A DNA stretch of 64,000 bases from Candidatus Krumholzibacteriia bacterium (GCA_963836185.1 CAWIIQ010000001.1:1984001-2048000), one strand, 5' to 3'; counted from the first letter of the stretch, positions 48,947-59,806 are shown. Notes: generated by a model not told the origin, from the sequence alone. Numbers and translations are program-made.

Positions 48947-51900
48947 TTAATTGACGATCGCGAACTTTTTCCTCGTCTCCACCGTCGTGCCGCCCGAGGT
49001 GACGACGATGCGGCAGAGATAGATCCCTGACGCCTCTCCTGTCATACTCACGGCGAACTCGGCCTGGCCCCCGGACAACGGCATCGATTCTCCGAGGACC
49101 TTCTCTCCCTCGATAGTGAATATATCGAGAGTGGCCTCTCCCTCATCGGGTGCTGTAAAGTGGAAAGCCACCCGGTCCCCGTTCGAGGGACTGGGGTATA
49201 TCACGAGGTTCTGCTCGAGGTCGGCCCACTGCGGCTGCTCGATGGTGAATCCGGATGACGGCTCGACCCATGAGTCACGGTCCGCGCCGCCGTAGACCGA
49301 GGTCCACGATCCCCGCATACCGAACGCTCCGAATGGAGTCTGCTGCCATCTCGCCCTGCCGCTTTCGGGCCTCCAGGCCCCGAATCCGCTATCTTCCTTG
49401 TTGAAGACGAGATCGATCCATGAAAAGTATTCCGTATCGGTAAGATCGACCGGCTCGATGAATGTACCGGCGAGCTTTCTCGGCCATCCCTGTTCCAGTT
49501 CGCCCTCATGATCTATCATATACATGATTCCCGCGTCCGTCCCCGCCAGGATCCACGCCCCGGTCGAATTGGAGGCAGTCACGGGCGGCACTGTTATGTT
49601 TACCGTTACGGGAAGCTGATAGACTCCGTTATTAAGGTCCCTCGGCCACCCCGTGATATTCGCTCCCGACGGATCGATGACGTATATCGAGCTCCCGTCC
49701 GTACAGACCAGATCGAGTTTTCCGTCGCCGTTAATATCCTGTACAGCAGGGGGATAAGGTATCGAGCTTCCGAGACTTCTTTCGCTGATCATGCCGTCCA
49801 TACCGTAGAGGAGGACCCTCCCCGTAGATGCCGTAATGATCCATATCTCGGCCACTCCAATTCCCGGAACGATATCTCCTCCGGCGAGAAATATCTCTCC
49901 CGAAAGATCCGAATGCGAAAGCGCGATGTCGCCCGAGATGTATCTGCAATATTCAAGTCCTTCGTCGGTGATCGGGCAGCTTATCAACCGGGCACCTGAA
50001 CAGCCTTCTCCCGTGCATTCGATCAATGCGATGACCGCGATCGCCTCACCGGACCTGTCCTTCTCGACGACGAGGTTCCCTGTGACGCTGTAACCTGAAG
50101 GAAGAGAAGCCGGATAACCGACTTCAAGCCCGTCCGTATCTATCATGTAGATCAGCCCGTCCTTTTCGGCGGCGATCACGTAGACGCCGTGCGAAGTACC
50201 GACCGGCACGGGGAACGCTGCCAGCGTATCGAGCATGACGGGCCAGGAGGGGCACTCTGTCCAGTCATCCACGCTGAGCGCATGGATCGATCCATCCTTC
50301 TGAGAGGCCAGGACAGCTCCCGAGGCGCTGCCGTTGCATCCGGTGAAATCCTGAATATGAGCCGCTGGAGTCATCGCCGGCCCGCCGAGATCGAAGACAG
50401 GCGACGGGTTCCCGGGCAGCCAGCCTTTGCCTGTATCGTCTATGATCAGTGAGTTTTCCTGTCCGGCCAGGGGCAATACCCCGAAAATCGCCGGAGTGAA
50501 GCCCCCGGGGATCATCTTCGTCTCGGATCTCTCCTGGCAGCCGGCTCCGAATGTCATCAGCGTATCCCTGCCGGTTACATTCTCGAGGCTCAGGCCGCTT
50601 CTCACCTGCCAGTTGCTCCAGGCCGGCGGAAGGGTCTCGTCGTTCATCTCCGTACTGTTTCCATCGTAGAACGCGTCGTCGTACCAGCCCATCCCGAACC
50701 TCGAAGTCGGATCGCCGAGATCGACGACACCGTTAGCCTCGATTAGCGCGACGCCGAAGGGCCAGCGGGAGTTGACCTCGTTGTCCTCCCACCTGCGCTC
50801 GATGAAGTACTCGTCGACGTGCCAGACAAGCAGCCCCGGCCCCCATTCGGGCCCGGGGTACGGCTCCTCGGTCGGGAGCAGGTAGTCGTACCCGTTCGTG
50901 TATTCCCAGTCGATCTCTTCGGGGAAGCCGGCCCCGCAGTTCATGCAGTTGCCCGGCCCCAGAATAACGCCCGTGACCTCGTCGGTCACGAACCCGGTGT
51001 AGAGCCCGTCGAGCTCGGCTGCCCTGTTCTCGATGAGCCAGTACTCGTCGGCTGACATCTCGACTCGTACGCCCCTCGAGGGGCATTTGCCCGAAGCGGA
51101 CAGGGAGATCGCGTCATCGAAGGTGCCTATCGTATCCACGCTCATCCATCCGAGGAAATATTTCGACCACGCGCTGAGCCCGCCGGGCATGAACCCTTCC
51201 GCGTAGTACTCTCCACCTTCCGCGTCGACGAGGATAGCGCCGAGCTGGCCGCCGCTGTCCATATTGTCGAACACGCCGATGGACGCGTAATTCGTATAGG
51301 TGTCGTAGAGATCGGGAAGTCCGAGCTGGTGCCCGAACTCGTGGGCAAGGACCGCGGCGATCCCGCCGTTGTAGCCATCCTGTATCGCCGTCTCGGGGAC
51401 CACAGACATCTCGGTGATCACATACCCGTCCTCGATGATTATCTCGTCGCCATCGCCCAGCCTCGCGTAGAAGGACGGCACGTCGTTGGGGCTGTTCCCG
51501 AGGACGTCGCTCTGCAGATTAGCCCCGGCGTGCGCCAGCACGATCGCGTCGTAGTCGCTGAGCCTGACGGGGTATCCATCCGCCCGCAGGGAATCGTCGC
51601 ACGCGATGATGGCGTCGTGAACAAAATTCACAAGACTCTCGATAGTCCAGTATCCGCCCTTTCCCGGGCCGTAGTCGGCCAGGTCGGAAAGCTTGTAACT
51701 CCCGTTCTCGCCGGAAGGAATAATATCCCAGTTTATCTCGGTGGCCCCGCACGATTGGAAATCCCAGTAACGTGCCATGGCGTCCATATGTGAATCGAAG
51801 TATGCCCTGTTGTGTGGAGTCGGATCGATGATAGAGGTCCCTGCCTCAGTGAGATCGAAGTCTCCACCTGTCCTCATGCTCGTAAGGCTGCCCGACCTGT

Positions 51901-52216
51901 CGGTCTCGAACGACACCCTGATCACTACGACGTTCCATGTATCGGCAGGCGCGGCAGGACCCTGAAGCATCCTTCTTTCCGCGGCGTCTCTCGTTCGCCT
52001 CAGCCCCATGATCGACGGACGGTCGAAGCCGAATATCCTGGCCCCGGTCACAGCTCCATCGGGAAGGACCGATTCGCGCCCGGTGCTGTACAGCCCTCCG
52101 GCATGCCGTTCCAGAACCGGTACGGAACGGTCATCGGCCCCGAGCGCGCCCGCCTGAAGGACGGCTGTCAAGCACAGGATTATTACACCGGCAGGCTTTC
52201 TTATACGGTCAGCCAT
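48947..52216 (-). CDS. Secreted M6-family (immune inhibitor A-like) metalloprotease with FG-GAP-like repeats and T9SS-type C-terminal domain
   Basis: HAG, HEFGHQLGLPDLY, LSAWSK..LGW, EYWLIENR, GLLVWHVD and DINGDGKLD motifs. C-terminus IYPSP...ASGIYLCRI...KKFAIVN. Confidence 0.88.
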   Translation of the reverse strand: MADRIRKPAGVIILCLTAVLQAGALGADDRSVPVLERHAGGLYSTGRESVLPDGAVTGARIFGFDRPSIMGLRRTRDAAERRMLQGPAAPADTWNVVVIRVSFETDRSGSLTSMRTGGDFDLTEAGTSIIDPTPHNRAYFDSHMDAMARYWDFQSCGATEINWDIIPSGENGSYKLSDLADYGPGKGGYWTIESLVNFVHDAIIACDDSLRADGYPVRLSDYDAIVLAHAGANLQSDVLGNSPNDVPSFYARLGDGDEIIIEDGYVITEMSVVPETAIQDGYNGGIAAVLAHEFGHQLGLPDLYDTYTNYASIGVFDNMDSGGQLGAILVDAEGGEYYAEGFMPGGLSAWSKYFLGWMSVDTIGTFDDAISLSASGKCPSRGVRVEMSADEYWLIENRAAELDGLYTGFVTDEVTGVILGPGNCMNCGAGFPEEIDWEYTNGYDYLLPTEEPYPGPEWGPGLLVWHVDEYFIERRWEDNEVNSRWPFGVALIEANGVVDLGDPTSRFGMGWYDDAFYDGNSTEMNDETLPPAWSNWQVRSGLSLENVTGRDTLMTFGAGCQERSETKMIPGGFTPAIFGVLPLAGQENSLIIDDTGKGWLPGNPSPVFDLGGPAMTPAAHIQDFTGCNGSASGAVLASQKDGSIHALSVDDWTECPSWPVMLDTLAAFPVPVGTSHGVYVIAAEKDGLIYMIDTDGLEVGYPASLPSGYSVTGNLVVEKDRSGEAIAVIALIECTGEGCSGARLISCPITDEGLEYCRYISGDIALSHSDLSGEIFLAGGDIVPGIGVAEIWIITASTGRVLLYGMDGMISERSLGSSIPYPPAVQDINGDGKLDLVCTDGSSIYVIDPSGANITGWPRDLNNGVYQLPVTVNITVPPVTASNSTGAWILAGTDAGIMYMIDHEGELEQGWPRKLAGTFIEPVDLTDTEYFSWIDLVFNKEDSGFGAWRPESGRARWQQTPFGAFGMRGSWTSVYGGADRDSWVEPSSGFTIEQPQWADLEQNLVIYPSPSNGDRVAFHFTAPDEGEATLDIFTIEGEKVLGESMPLSGGQAEFAVSMTGEASGIYLCRIVVTSGGTTVETRKKFAIVN

Positions 52217-52245
52217 CAGTTGAAGAATTGCCTTTCCCAGGGTTA

Positions 52246-53241
52246 TCAGAAGTTAACACCAAGGGACCAGCGGTGGACTCTCGCGAGCTCCTCCGCCTGT
52301 GGAACACTGGCCCAGTCTATCCTTACACGGTCATTGAATACGAATCCGAGACCATACGTCATCGCCTTGATATTTCCATCCTGGTCATGGATGTACCCGA
52401 GACGCAGCGCGATCAGGTTCGTATAGAGGAATTCCGTTCCGATGTGATACGTATTGGAACGATCCCATTCGACCATGGGCCTGTTGATCTCCCCTGTGAT
52501 GAACCACTTGCCGACATCGCTCCAGACAGGGGCCCACGCGAGGCTCGCCCTGAGGTTACTCGGCAGAGGGGCAGCCTGGTCCCTGTTCATGTATGTTATC
52601 GAAGGCCCGAGGTTCGAGACAGCCAGGCCGAGGCTCATCCTTCTGATCTTGGCGCTGCTGATGCCGAAATCGGGGATCTTCCACAAGGCGCCGAAATCAA
52701 CGGCTACAGAGCTTCCCGTTCCCTCGGTCCCTTCCAGCGTGGCCCATGCGGGCGCCAGGCTGACATAGATGAACTTCAGGTTCATCCCGAGCGACAGCTG
52801 GTTGCCGAGTTTCACCGCACCGCCGATCATGGGAGCGATCTCCCACGATGAGGCGGTCCCGAGCTCCTCGGGAGTCGTACCAGTCACGGTCCATTCTCCG
52901 TATGTGAGGTACTGGATGGCGAATCCGATCGTCCCGATCCCCTTTATCTTGTAGATACCACCGATATATTCGAAGAAGACATCTGAGGCGAGATCAGGGA
53001 CGAGCTGGGAATGCATAAGGTCGATCGCATGGTGCTCGGCAAACGCCATTCCAGCGGGGTTCCACCACATCGCGGTCGCGTCATCGGCAATCGCCCCGAA
53101 GCTCTGTCCCATCCCGTTGGCTCTCGCTCCGGGAGGGATGATGAGGCTTCCCGCTCCCGACTCCCCCTGCGCGAATGCCGCGGAAGAGGCAGTGACGATA
53201 ACGAACAATGAGATGATTATCAACCTTATCGATTTTACCAT
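52246..53241 (-). CDS. porV: PorV/PorQ-family (FadL-like) outer-membrane barrel
   Basis: LIIPPGARANGMG, ADDATAMWWNPA, SNLGP, LPSNLR and LRLGY motifs, terminal F; directly downstream of the porU-like gene. Confidence 0.8.
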   Translation of the reverse strand: MVKSIRLIIISLFVIVTASSAAFAQGESGAGSLIIPPGARANGMGQSFGAIADDATAMWWNPAGMAFAEHHAIDLMHSQLVPDLASDVFFEYIGGIYKIKGIGTIGFAIQYLTYGEWTVTGTTPEELGTASSWEIAPMIGGAVKLGNQLSLGMNLKFIYVSLAPAWATLEGTEGTGSSVAVDFGALWKIPDFGISSAKIRRMSLGLAVSNLGPSITYMNRDQAAPLPSNLRASLAWAPVWSDVGKWFITGEINRPMVEWDRSNTYHIGTEFLYTNLIALRLGYIHDQDGNIKAMTYGLGFVFNDRVRIDWASVPQAEELARVHRWSLGVNF

Positions 53242-53290
53242 AATCCGGATTCTCCTTTTTGTTGGCCTTCTTAGTAAATTAAGTATCTGA

Positions 53291-53327
53291 AAACTTCCCG
53301 GTCAAGCGATTAAGGCTGAGCCGGGAA
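53291..53327 (-). terminator. Hairpin between porU and porV (possible terminator overlapping a TTGACC -35 box)
   Basis: TTCCCGG...CCGGGAA stem followed by GTTTT on the minus strand. Confidence 0.45.
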
Positions 53328-53365
53328 ACACTTTCCGTTGTGATAAATAATATTTTCACAAATGG

Positions 53366-56300
53366 TTATCTGAGATGGACCACCTTTCCCCTGACCGTTT
53401 CGCTGCGGTTGTAGGAATCCCTGAAAGAGACCTCGAGAACGTATATATAGGTACCGTTCGCTATCTGGTCCCCGATAAAATCCCTTCCTTCCCAGTAGAT
53501 CGAGTTAAAACCCTCTTCGGCGGCCATTTCGGCGTTCCAGATCTCGACCCCCGAGAGGTTATATACACGCAGGAGGACGTCGGCCCTGCTGCTCAGCTGA
53601 AATACGAAGTTCGTCGATTCCGTAAAAGGATTGGGCATATTGAAGACGTCGCTGACCGTGTACAGACCCTCCTCGACTACCTCGAAGACGAGTGTGTCGC
53701 TCGCGGATTCACCGAGGTTATCGAAGGCCCGCACGATCACGGAATGCTCACCGGGCTCGAAACCGGTATGAAGAGGGTAGTCGACGCGCCCGGTCGTCGA
53801 TGAACCATGCTCATATTCAAAGTATTCAGTAACGAAGATCGGGTAGCCGCTGCGGTCGAATTCAAAGTAGATCGAGTTCTGCGGCTCCGTACCGAGGATC
53901 GCGATACCGTCGCTGTCGGCTATATCAGCCACGAGGATAGCTCCTCTCTTGACCTTGGTCGCCTGGCCGGAGAAGTACATGTCGATATCGGGGGGGCCTT
54001 CGTTCGGCGGCACCGTACCCGACGTGACTATCGCGAGCGTATCGACCGCGCCTGTCCCGTCGTCCCCCATTTCGCTTACATAGGATCGGACCCTCGCCCT
54101 CGGCCCCGTCCTGCACCTTACCGGCACTACGAAATCGAGATCGAACCTCCCGGCTGTAACATCTACCGAGCCTCTGAAGATATCCTTGCCGGGAAGCCTG
54201 TAATCGAGTTTCGTGGGGGTGCCCCAGTGGACGATATCCCTGCTGATCATCTCCATCGATTCCTGCACGACTATCTCAGCCGTGCCGTTGAATGTCGAAA
54301 GGAGTTCTCCGCCCTCGGTCACCCTGCCGTTTAGCGTATACCTGCCGCCCGTGCCCATAGTATCGATCGGGGCGATCTCATGCTCGACCATACGATGCGG
54401 CAGAGAAAGCGTCATCGCCGGATCGCCGAGCAGGATGTACTTGGCGTTGTTGCTCGTATACATGAAGGTCTCATCATCGGTCTTTGCCATCATGAGAGCA
54501 GTGCCGACCGGCTCTGTCGCTGTGCTGTCCCCACCGGTGAACAGGTAGTCGAAATAGATATAGTTCAGTTCCCTGTTAGGGATAAGTATCGTGGGAGCGA
54601 CTCCCGCGATCACCGCTATCGCTCCGCCCTCTTCGAGGACCGTGATCTCCTGCCCCATACTCCTGTGGAACGGGGATTCGAGATCACCGACGGTACAGGA
54701 GAAAGCGAGAAAGAGCGGCTGCATGTCTCCGTTGACAAACGAATACAGATCTGACATCTGCAGCACTCTTTCATCGGAAAGCTGCTGCGGAGACCCGTGC
54801 CCCGCGTAGTTGACGACGAGGGCTCCGCGCGACCATGCCTCTATCATGTCGCTTGTAGCGCCCGGTTTCAGGTCGCCGACAAAAGGATAATTGGTCAGGT
54901 ATATTTTGCTGTAGTCGACGAATCTCGGGATCGGCCCATCGTCGGCCGTCATCCATTCGGCGTCCCACGTGAAGTAGAAATCGTTATCGGTACTCGTCGA
55001 GAACTCATCGTCCGCGACGACGATCACCCGGTTCCTCCACGTCCCCATCTCCATATCCGATTCGTACCTTATCAATCGATCGACCCACAGGTCGGCAGCC
55101 CTCCGGGTCAGCACGGGCATCCTTCCTATGGCCACGTCGATCATCCTGTCGTAGCCGGCGTCGAGCTTGACGAGGAAATCGTCATCTTCGACACCCTGGT
55201 CCTCGTAATTCACGTTGATGTAGACAGGCACGAAATCGTTCCCGCGGCCCAGAATATCCCTGGCGTCGTATGTACAGTTACCGATCAGCAGCGCGTAATC
55301 GATGACAGGCGCCCCGCCCTCGCTGAAATTGTCATAGAGGAATTTCAGATAGTTCCTGACGGCCAGGGGATCCTTCATTCCGCCGGAGAAGTTGTTGTAG
55401 ACATCCTCGATATCTACCGCTCTTACTACGGGATCTGCCGAATAGGGAAGATTGTCCCTGCGGTGCGTGGCCAGGCGGTTGGCCGCTTCCCGGAAATTGC
55501 GGTGATAGACTATGATCATGTCGGGCGGCGTCTCGTCCCTCAAGGAGGGAAAGACTCCGGGCGCCATGCTTTCGATAATGATCGACGGGGTGAGGATACT
55601 CGAGGCCGCTGACGCGTGATAGTGCAGGGGAACCGCGCCGAGCATATCTTCGAAGACTATCTCGCCCTGGGAGTTCTGCCATCCGGTAAGCAGCACCGGC
55701 CCCGCGTGGTCCGTGACCTCGAAGAGGAATATCTCCTCCGCCTCCGGGAATCCGTTGATCGTAATCGCCGCGGTACGCATATCAGAGGGCGCGAAGAAAT
55801 CGAGCCGTCCATCGAGCGCCTTGAGGTATCTTTCGTAGAACAGGTCGAACCAGAGGACATACATCACGTCTTCCGATGTCTTGACCAGTCTGAACTGGTT
55901 TTCTCCTTCCACTATCGAGCTCAGCGCAGTCTCGACAGTGTCCGGCCTGAAATCGGTGTATACTATCCAGCTCATGTGGCCGGCATGTTCCCCGTTCACA
56001 TAGCAGTCCGCTTCATTGAGGTTATTGTTGTATATGTACGGGCCGTAGCCAAGCGTCCTGACCATCCCGCCGCCGCCGGCGATATCTACGCACTGGAACC
56101 TTTCGATGAAGTTGGTCGTGCCCTCGTTCAGGCGCCTCCAGTACCAGAAATCGTCCGTGTGTATCGGATCGTAGAGAGCGTCCCGCTCGACATGGATACG
56201 ATGGCTGTATGTATTGACTTCGAGGTCCGCTGAACCGGCCGGCGCTACATCACGGCTCTGCACCCTCGAGGGCTGCCCCTCGAACGATCCGCCCCAGCTC

Positions 56301-57279
56301 ATCCAGTAGACGCTGTTTTCACAGTACATGTGCTTGTAGAAGCGAATATCACCGGTCGAAGGATCGAGGTGGTCGCTCCATCCTTCGGCCCCGAGGCCGT
56401 AGAAGATGAAATACTCACCTGGCATCATCGAACCGGTATTGGCCCCTGAGTAGTGAAGCTCGACTTCGGTGAGATGGTAATCCTCCTCGAAGCTGCCGCC
56501 GTAACGTATGCTGTCGGGCTGCTGCAGCGGGCCTGAAGTGAATATGCGGACTGTCGCGGGATCTATCGTCTGCGGATTGACACCGGCGCCTGTCAGGTCC
56601 TCATAAGAGATCCTGTAGAGTCCAGCGCCTTCCATCGTCAGCTTCAGCCATTTGTCCGACAGAGAGAACTCGAAGGGTGTCCTGTCCGCCGGAGCAGCGA
56701 GAGCCGGCCTCTCCTCCGATCCGGTCCATCTGCCCGCCCCGATGACATACCGGTCCTCCGGTCCCGGGACCGAACGCTTCGCGGAAACAGGTCTCGATGG
56801 AGCCCACGACAGCCTGACTGTTATCCTCTCCGAGTGAAGCAGGCTTCCGTTTCCCGCATCGGCGATCACCGGGTATATATCTACGAGTGCCAGCCTTCTC
56901 TTCCTCATCGTCTCGACCGACGCGAGTACGGCAAAATCCCTCGGCGCCGCCGGAACGGACTCTCCCCCCGGTAAGACTTCAGGCACGACGCCTTCGACAG
57001 GCACGGCATCGCTGCCGAGTACCTGAAGCCTTATTCCGCGGTCAGCCGGCACTTCTATCAGAAATCTTTTAACGGGAAGGACGGGAAGGCCCGGGATCCT
57101 CTCCTGTGTGAAACCCGGGATACGAACTTCAGCTGCGCCCGGCAGTGATCACTGGACGGCCCGTAATAAACTCTATCGTGATGCCGGCATCGTCCTCTGA
57201 GACGATGCGCCAGTCTGCCGCCCCGGCGGCGGCCGGAACGAGCAGCGATGATTAGAAGCAGTATCGGAAGCCTCTTCAT
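53366..57279 (-). CDS. porU: PorU-like C25 (gingipain-family) cysteine peptidase/sortase, ~1303 aa; +1 frame breaks at ~57243 and ~57140
   Basis: ATG 57279 with signal peptide, propeptide PGLPVLP, GLYRISYEDL, VYNNFSGG, AIGRMPV, catalytic NYAGHG and FSC, LLGDPAM, C-terminal NMPNPF...ANGTYIY domain. Confidence 0.85.
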
Positions 57280-57686
57280 CCGTTCCTCCTGATCATCCAT
57301 ACTATGACGATGGCGGTAAACGCGACCTGGACAGCGACGCTCCACGCGCCTGTCTCCCTCCCATGCCTGAGAAGTCCCTTCCTGTGACCTGGGAAGATCA
57401 TCTGGTCCCGGCGGATCTTTCCCGTCTTCTGGAGCAGGTTCTCGAGATCGGGCAGAACGGCGAAGAGCCCGCAGAGCACGATCGCCGTACTGAAGGCTCC
57501 ACCCGCGAAAAGAACGATCATCGCGACGAGCCACAGCACGATCTCCAGGCGGTAATCCTCGAAGTCCTTGTGAGGGATCATATCGAGCAGCAGATGGCTG
57601 CCGAGGCCGATAAAAGGTGCCGCCAACGGAACCGGTATCAGCGATCCGGCCAGCGCTCCGGCGGCAAAATGAGTAAATACGCTCAC
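57276..57686 (-). CDS. Small membrane protein with His/Asp metal-binding pattern (YdjM-like putative hydrolase)
   Basis: GTG 57686 after GGAGG; THFAAGA, SHLLLDMIPH and LPD motifs; several hydrophobic segments; ATGA overlap with porU. Confidence 0.65.
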   Translation of the reverse strand: MSVFTHFAAGALAGSLIPVPLAAPFIGLGSHLLLDMIPHKDFEDYRLEIVLWLVAMIVLFAGGAFSTAIVLCGLFAVLPDLENLLQKTGKIRRDQMIFPGHRKGLLRHGRETGAWSVAVQVAFTAIVIVWMIRRNG

Positions 57687-57709
57687 GGACTGTGCCTCCG
57701 CGGGGGAAA

Positions 57710-57880
57710 TCAGTCGTCGAGAGGGAGTGCCCGCTCGACGAGCATTATGGGAATATCCTCCTCGATGGGATATCTCACGGCGCAACTCTCGCAGATCAGC
57801 CATGAGCCATCCTCACTGAGGATGACCTTCTCCTTGCAGCCGGGACAGGCAAGAATATCGAGCAGATCTTTTTTGACCAT
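57710..57880 (-). CDS. Trm112/YcaR-family small zinc-binding protein (56 aa, below the ORF-track cutoff)
   Basis: Translated by hand: MVKKDLLDILACPGCKEKVILSEDGSWLICESCAVRYPIEEDIPIMLVERALPLDD. Confidence 0.92.
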   Translation of the reverse strand: MVKKDLLDILACPGCKEKVILSEDGSWLICESCAVRYPIEEDIPIMLVERALPLDD

Positions 57881-58009
57881 CGTTCTCTTCCCCTCAAGGA
57901 AAAATCCCTGACAAAGACGGAAAAATCCAACTTCCCATCAGGGACCTGCAGCACAGAAGCAAATTTTCAGTGGGGATCGATGCTCCCCACTCCTCAAGCT
58001 GGCTGTATA

Positions 58010-58039
58010 ATTATAAGAAAAATCAGGCCTTCAGGTCAA
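58010..58039 (-). promoter_or_regulatory. Sigma-70 promoter heading the Trm112-porU operon
   Basis: Minus strand TTGACC-N18-TATAAT. Confidence 0.75.
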
Positions 58040-58064
58040 GTCGATAATCGATACAGGCTCTCCG

Positions 58065-59018
58065 TCACTCCTCGAAAGCCCCCATTTCGGAGAATTTCTG
58101 CCTCCGCCTCTCTAGAAGAAGATCAGCCTGGATATCCTCGATCTTTGCCAGTTCGGCGAGGAACTCATCCCGGATGCGCTCCGCTGTCCCCTCAGGGTCC
58201 CTGTGGGCCGCTCCTTTCGATTCCTCGATCATTCTGTCGATGACATTGAGCTTGAGGCAGTCACCGGCAGTGAGCCGAAGGGCCTCGGCCGCGTCAGGCG
58301 CCTTATCCCGGCTCTTCCACAGAATCGCGGCGCACCCTTCGGGTGAGATCACCGAGTATATGGAATGCTCCAGCATAAGCACGCTGTCACCGACAGCGAG
58401 GGCAAGGGCGCCGCCGCTGCCCCCCTCCCCGATGATCACTACTACTATCGGAGTATCTATATCGAACACCTGCTGCAGGTTGTCGGCGATCGCCCTCGGC
58501 TGGCCCCTCTCCTCGGCATCCACGCCGGGGTATGCACCGGGGGTATCGACGATCGAGAGTATCGGCATACCGAACTTCTCGGCCGTTTTCATCAGGCGCA
58601 GAGCTTTCCTGAATCCCTCGGGGCTGGCCATTCCGAAGTTACGGGTTATCTTCTCCTTCGTATTGCGGCCCTTCTCGTGGGCGACGATCATGACCTTTCG
58701 TCCACCGATCACGGCGATCCCGCCGACCACTGCCGGATCGTCCCGGAAGAGGCGGTCGCCATGAAGCTCCTCGAACTCCCCGCCTATCAGCCTGATATAA
58801 TCGACGGCCGTCGGCCGCATCGGATGCCTGGCGAGCTGGACCTGCTCCCAGGCGGAGAGGTCCCTGTATACCTTCTCCTCGAGATCCGCCAGCTTCTGCT
58901 CGAGACCGGCGATCTCTCCGGCGGAGGACTTTCCCTCCTTCTTGAGCCTGTCTATCCTGCCCTGAAGCTCATAGACCGGTTTTTCGAATTCCAGGATCCT
59001 CGCTTCATTCTGTTCCAT
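58065..59018 (-). CDS. accA: Acetyl-CoA carboxylase carboxyltransferase alpha subunit
   Basis: LEFEKP, ELHGDR, DTPGAYPG, GEGGSGGAL and YSVISPEGCA motifs. Confidence 0.97.
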   Translation of the reverse strand: MEQNEARILEFEKPVYELQGRIDRLKKEGKSSAGEIAGLEQKLADLEEKVYRDLSAWEQVQLARHPMRPTAVDYIRLIGGEFEELHGDRLFRDDPAVVGGIAVIGGRKVMIVAHEKGRNTKEKITRNFGMASPEGFRKALRLMKTAEKFGMPILSIVDTPGAYPGVDAEERGQPRAIADNLQQVFDIDTPIVVVIIGEGGSGGALALAVGDSVLMLEHSIYSVISPEGCAAILWKSRDKAPDAAEALRLTAGDCLKLNVIDRMIEESKGAAHRDPEGTAERIRDEFLAELAKIEDIQADLLLERRRQKFSEMGAFEE

Positions 59019-59032
59019 CGGATCACATCTTT

Positions 59033-59806
59033 CTAGAACCAGTTCATGTAAACGATCTCTACCGAGCGAGCCACACCGCTCTCCGGAATATAGTTGCCGA
59101 GCAGGTCCTTGAACAGGAGCCTGATCCTCAGGTTCTCTCCGTATTCGAACCTCACTCCGCAGTCCAGATATCCCCTCCCCTTCGTCCTTGAAGTCGGGAC
59201 ATCCGGGTCGTTATCATCGAAAGCCGCCGTATAATCAAGCAGCAGCGTAAGCCCGTGAACGACGGTAAAAGATGATCCTGCGAAGACATCTATGCCGCTC
59301 TCGTCACGGTCCTCGAACGAATAATTGATCCCCCCGTGCAGCCCGATATTGATGCGGGCATCGAAGTTCCTGCTAAGCACGGCGTATGCCCCGAGCGACT
59401 TGCGCTCGTACCTGTCGTCCTCATCTATGTAGTATCCCTCGCCCTGCGTATCGATACCGAGCGCCAGCGCCGGCCCGGCGAGGCCCTCCTCGATCAACCT
59501 GAACCTGACCTGGAACCCGGGAAGATCATTCAGCTCTATATCACCCCGTCCTATGAAGTTCTGAAGCCCGAAGGACAGGCCGAGCATCACCCTGTCCCAG
59601 AATCCTACCCCCATGCCGAAGAGGAGCGCGTTCTCGGGGCCGAGCCTGCCCTCGAACATATACGATCCGTGACCTATCAGCCCGGCAGTCGGTGTGGAGA
59701 CCACCTTCAGATCCTCGAGCAGCTGCGCCTCGGCGCCGGCCGCGGCCATCATCACGACAGCGATCACCGTCAGAGTCAGGACGACGGGCCTACGAGACTT
59801 CCACAT
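59033..59806 (-). CDS. Outer-membrane beta-barrel protein (YjbH-like)
   Basis: Signal peptide, TPTAG, PALALGID, amphipathic strands, terminal WF. Confidence 0.65.
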   Translation of the reverse strand: MWKSRRPVVLTLTVIAVVMMAAAGAEAQLLEDLKVVSTPTAGLIGHGSYMFEGRLGPENALLFGMGVGFWDRVMLGLSFGLQNFIGRGDIELNDLPGFQVRFRLIEEGLAGPALALGIDTQGEGYYIDEDDRYERKSLGAYAVLSRNFDARINIGLHGGINYSFEDRDESGIDVFAGSSFTVVHGLTLLLDYTAAFDDNDPDVPTSRTKGRGYLDCGVRFEYGENLRIRLLFKDLLGNYIPESGVARSVEIVYMNWF

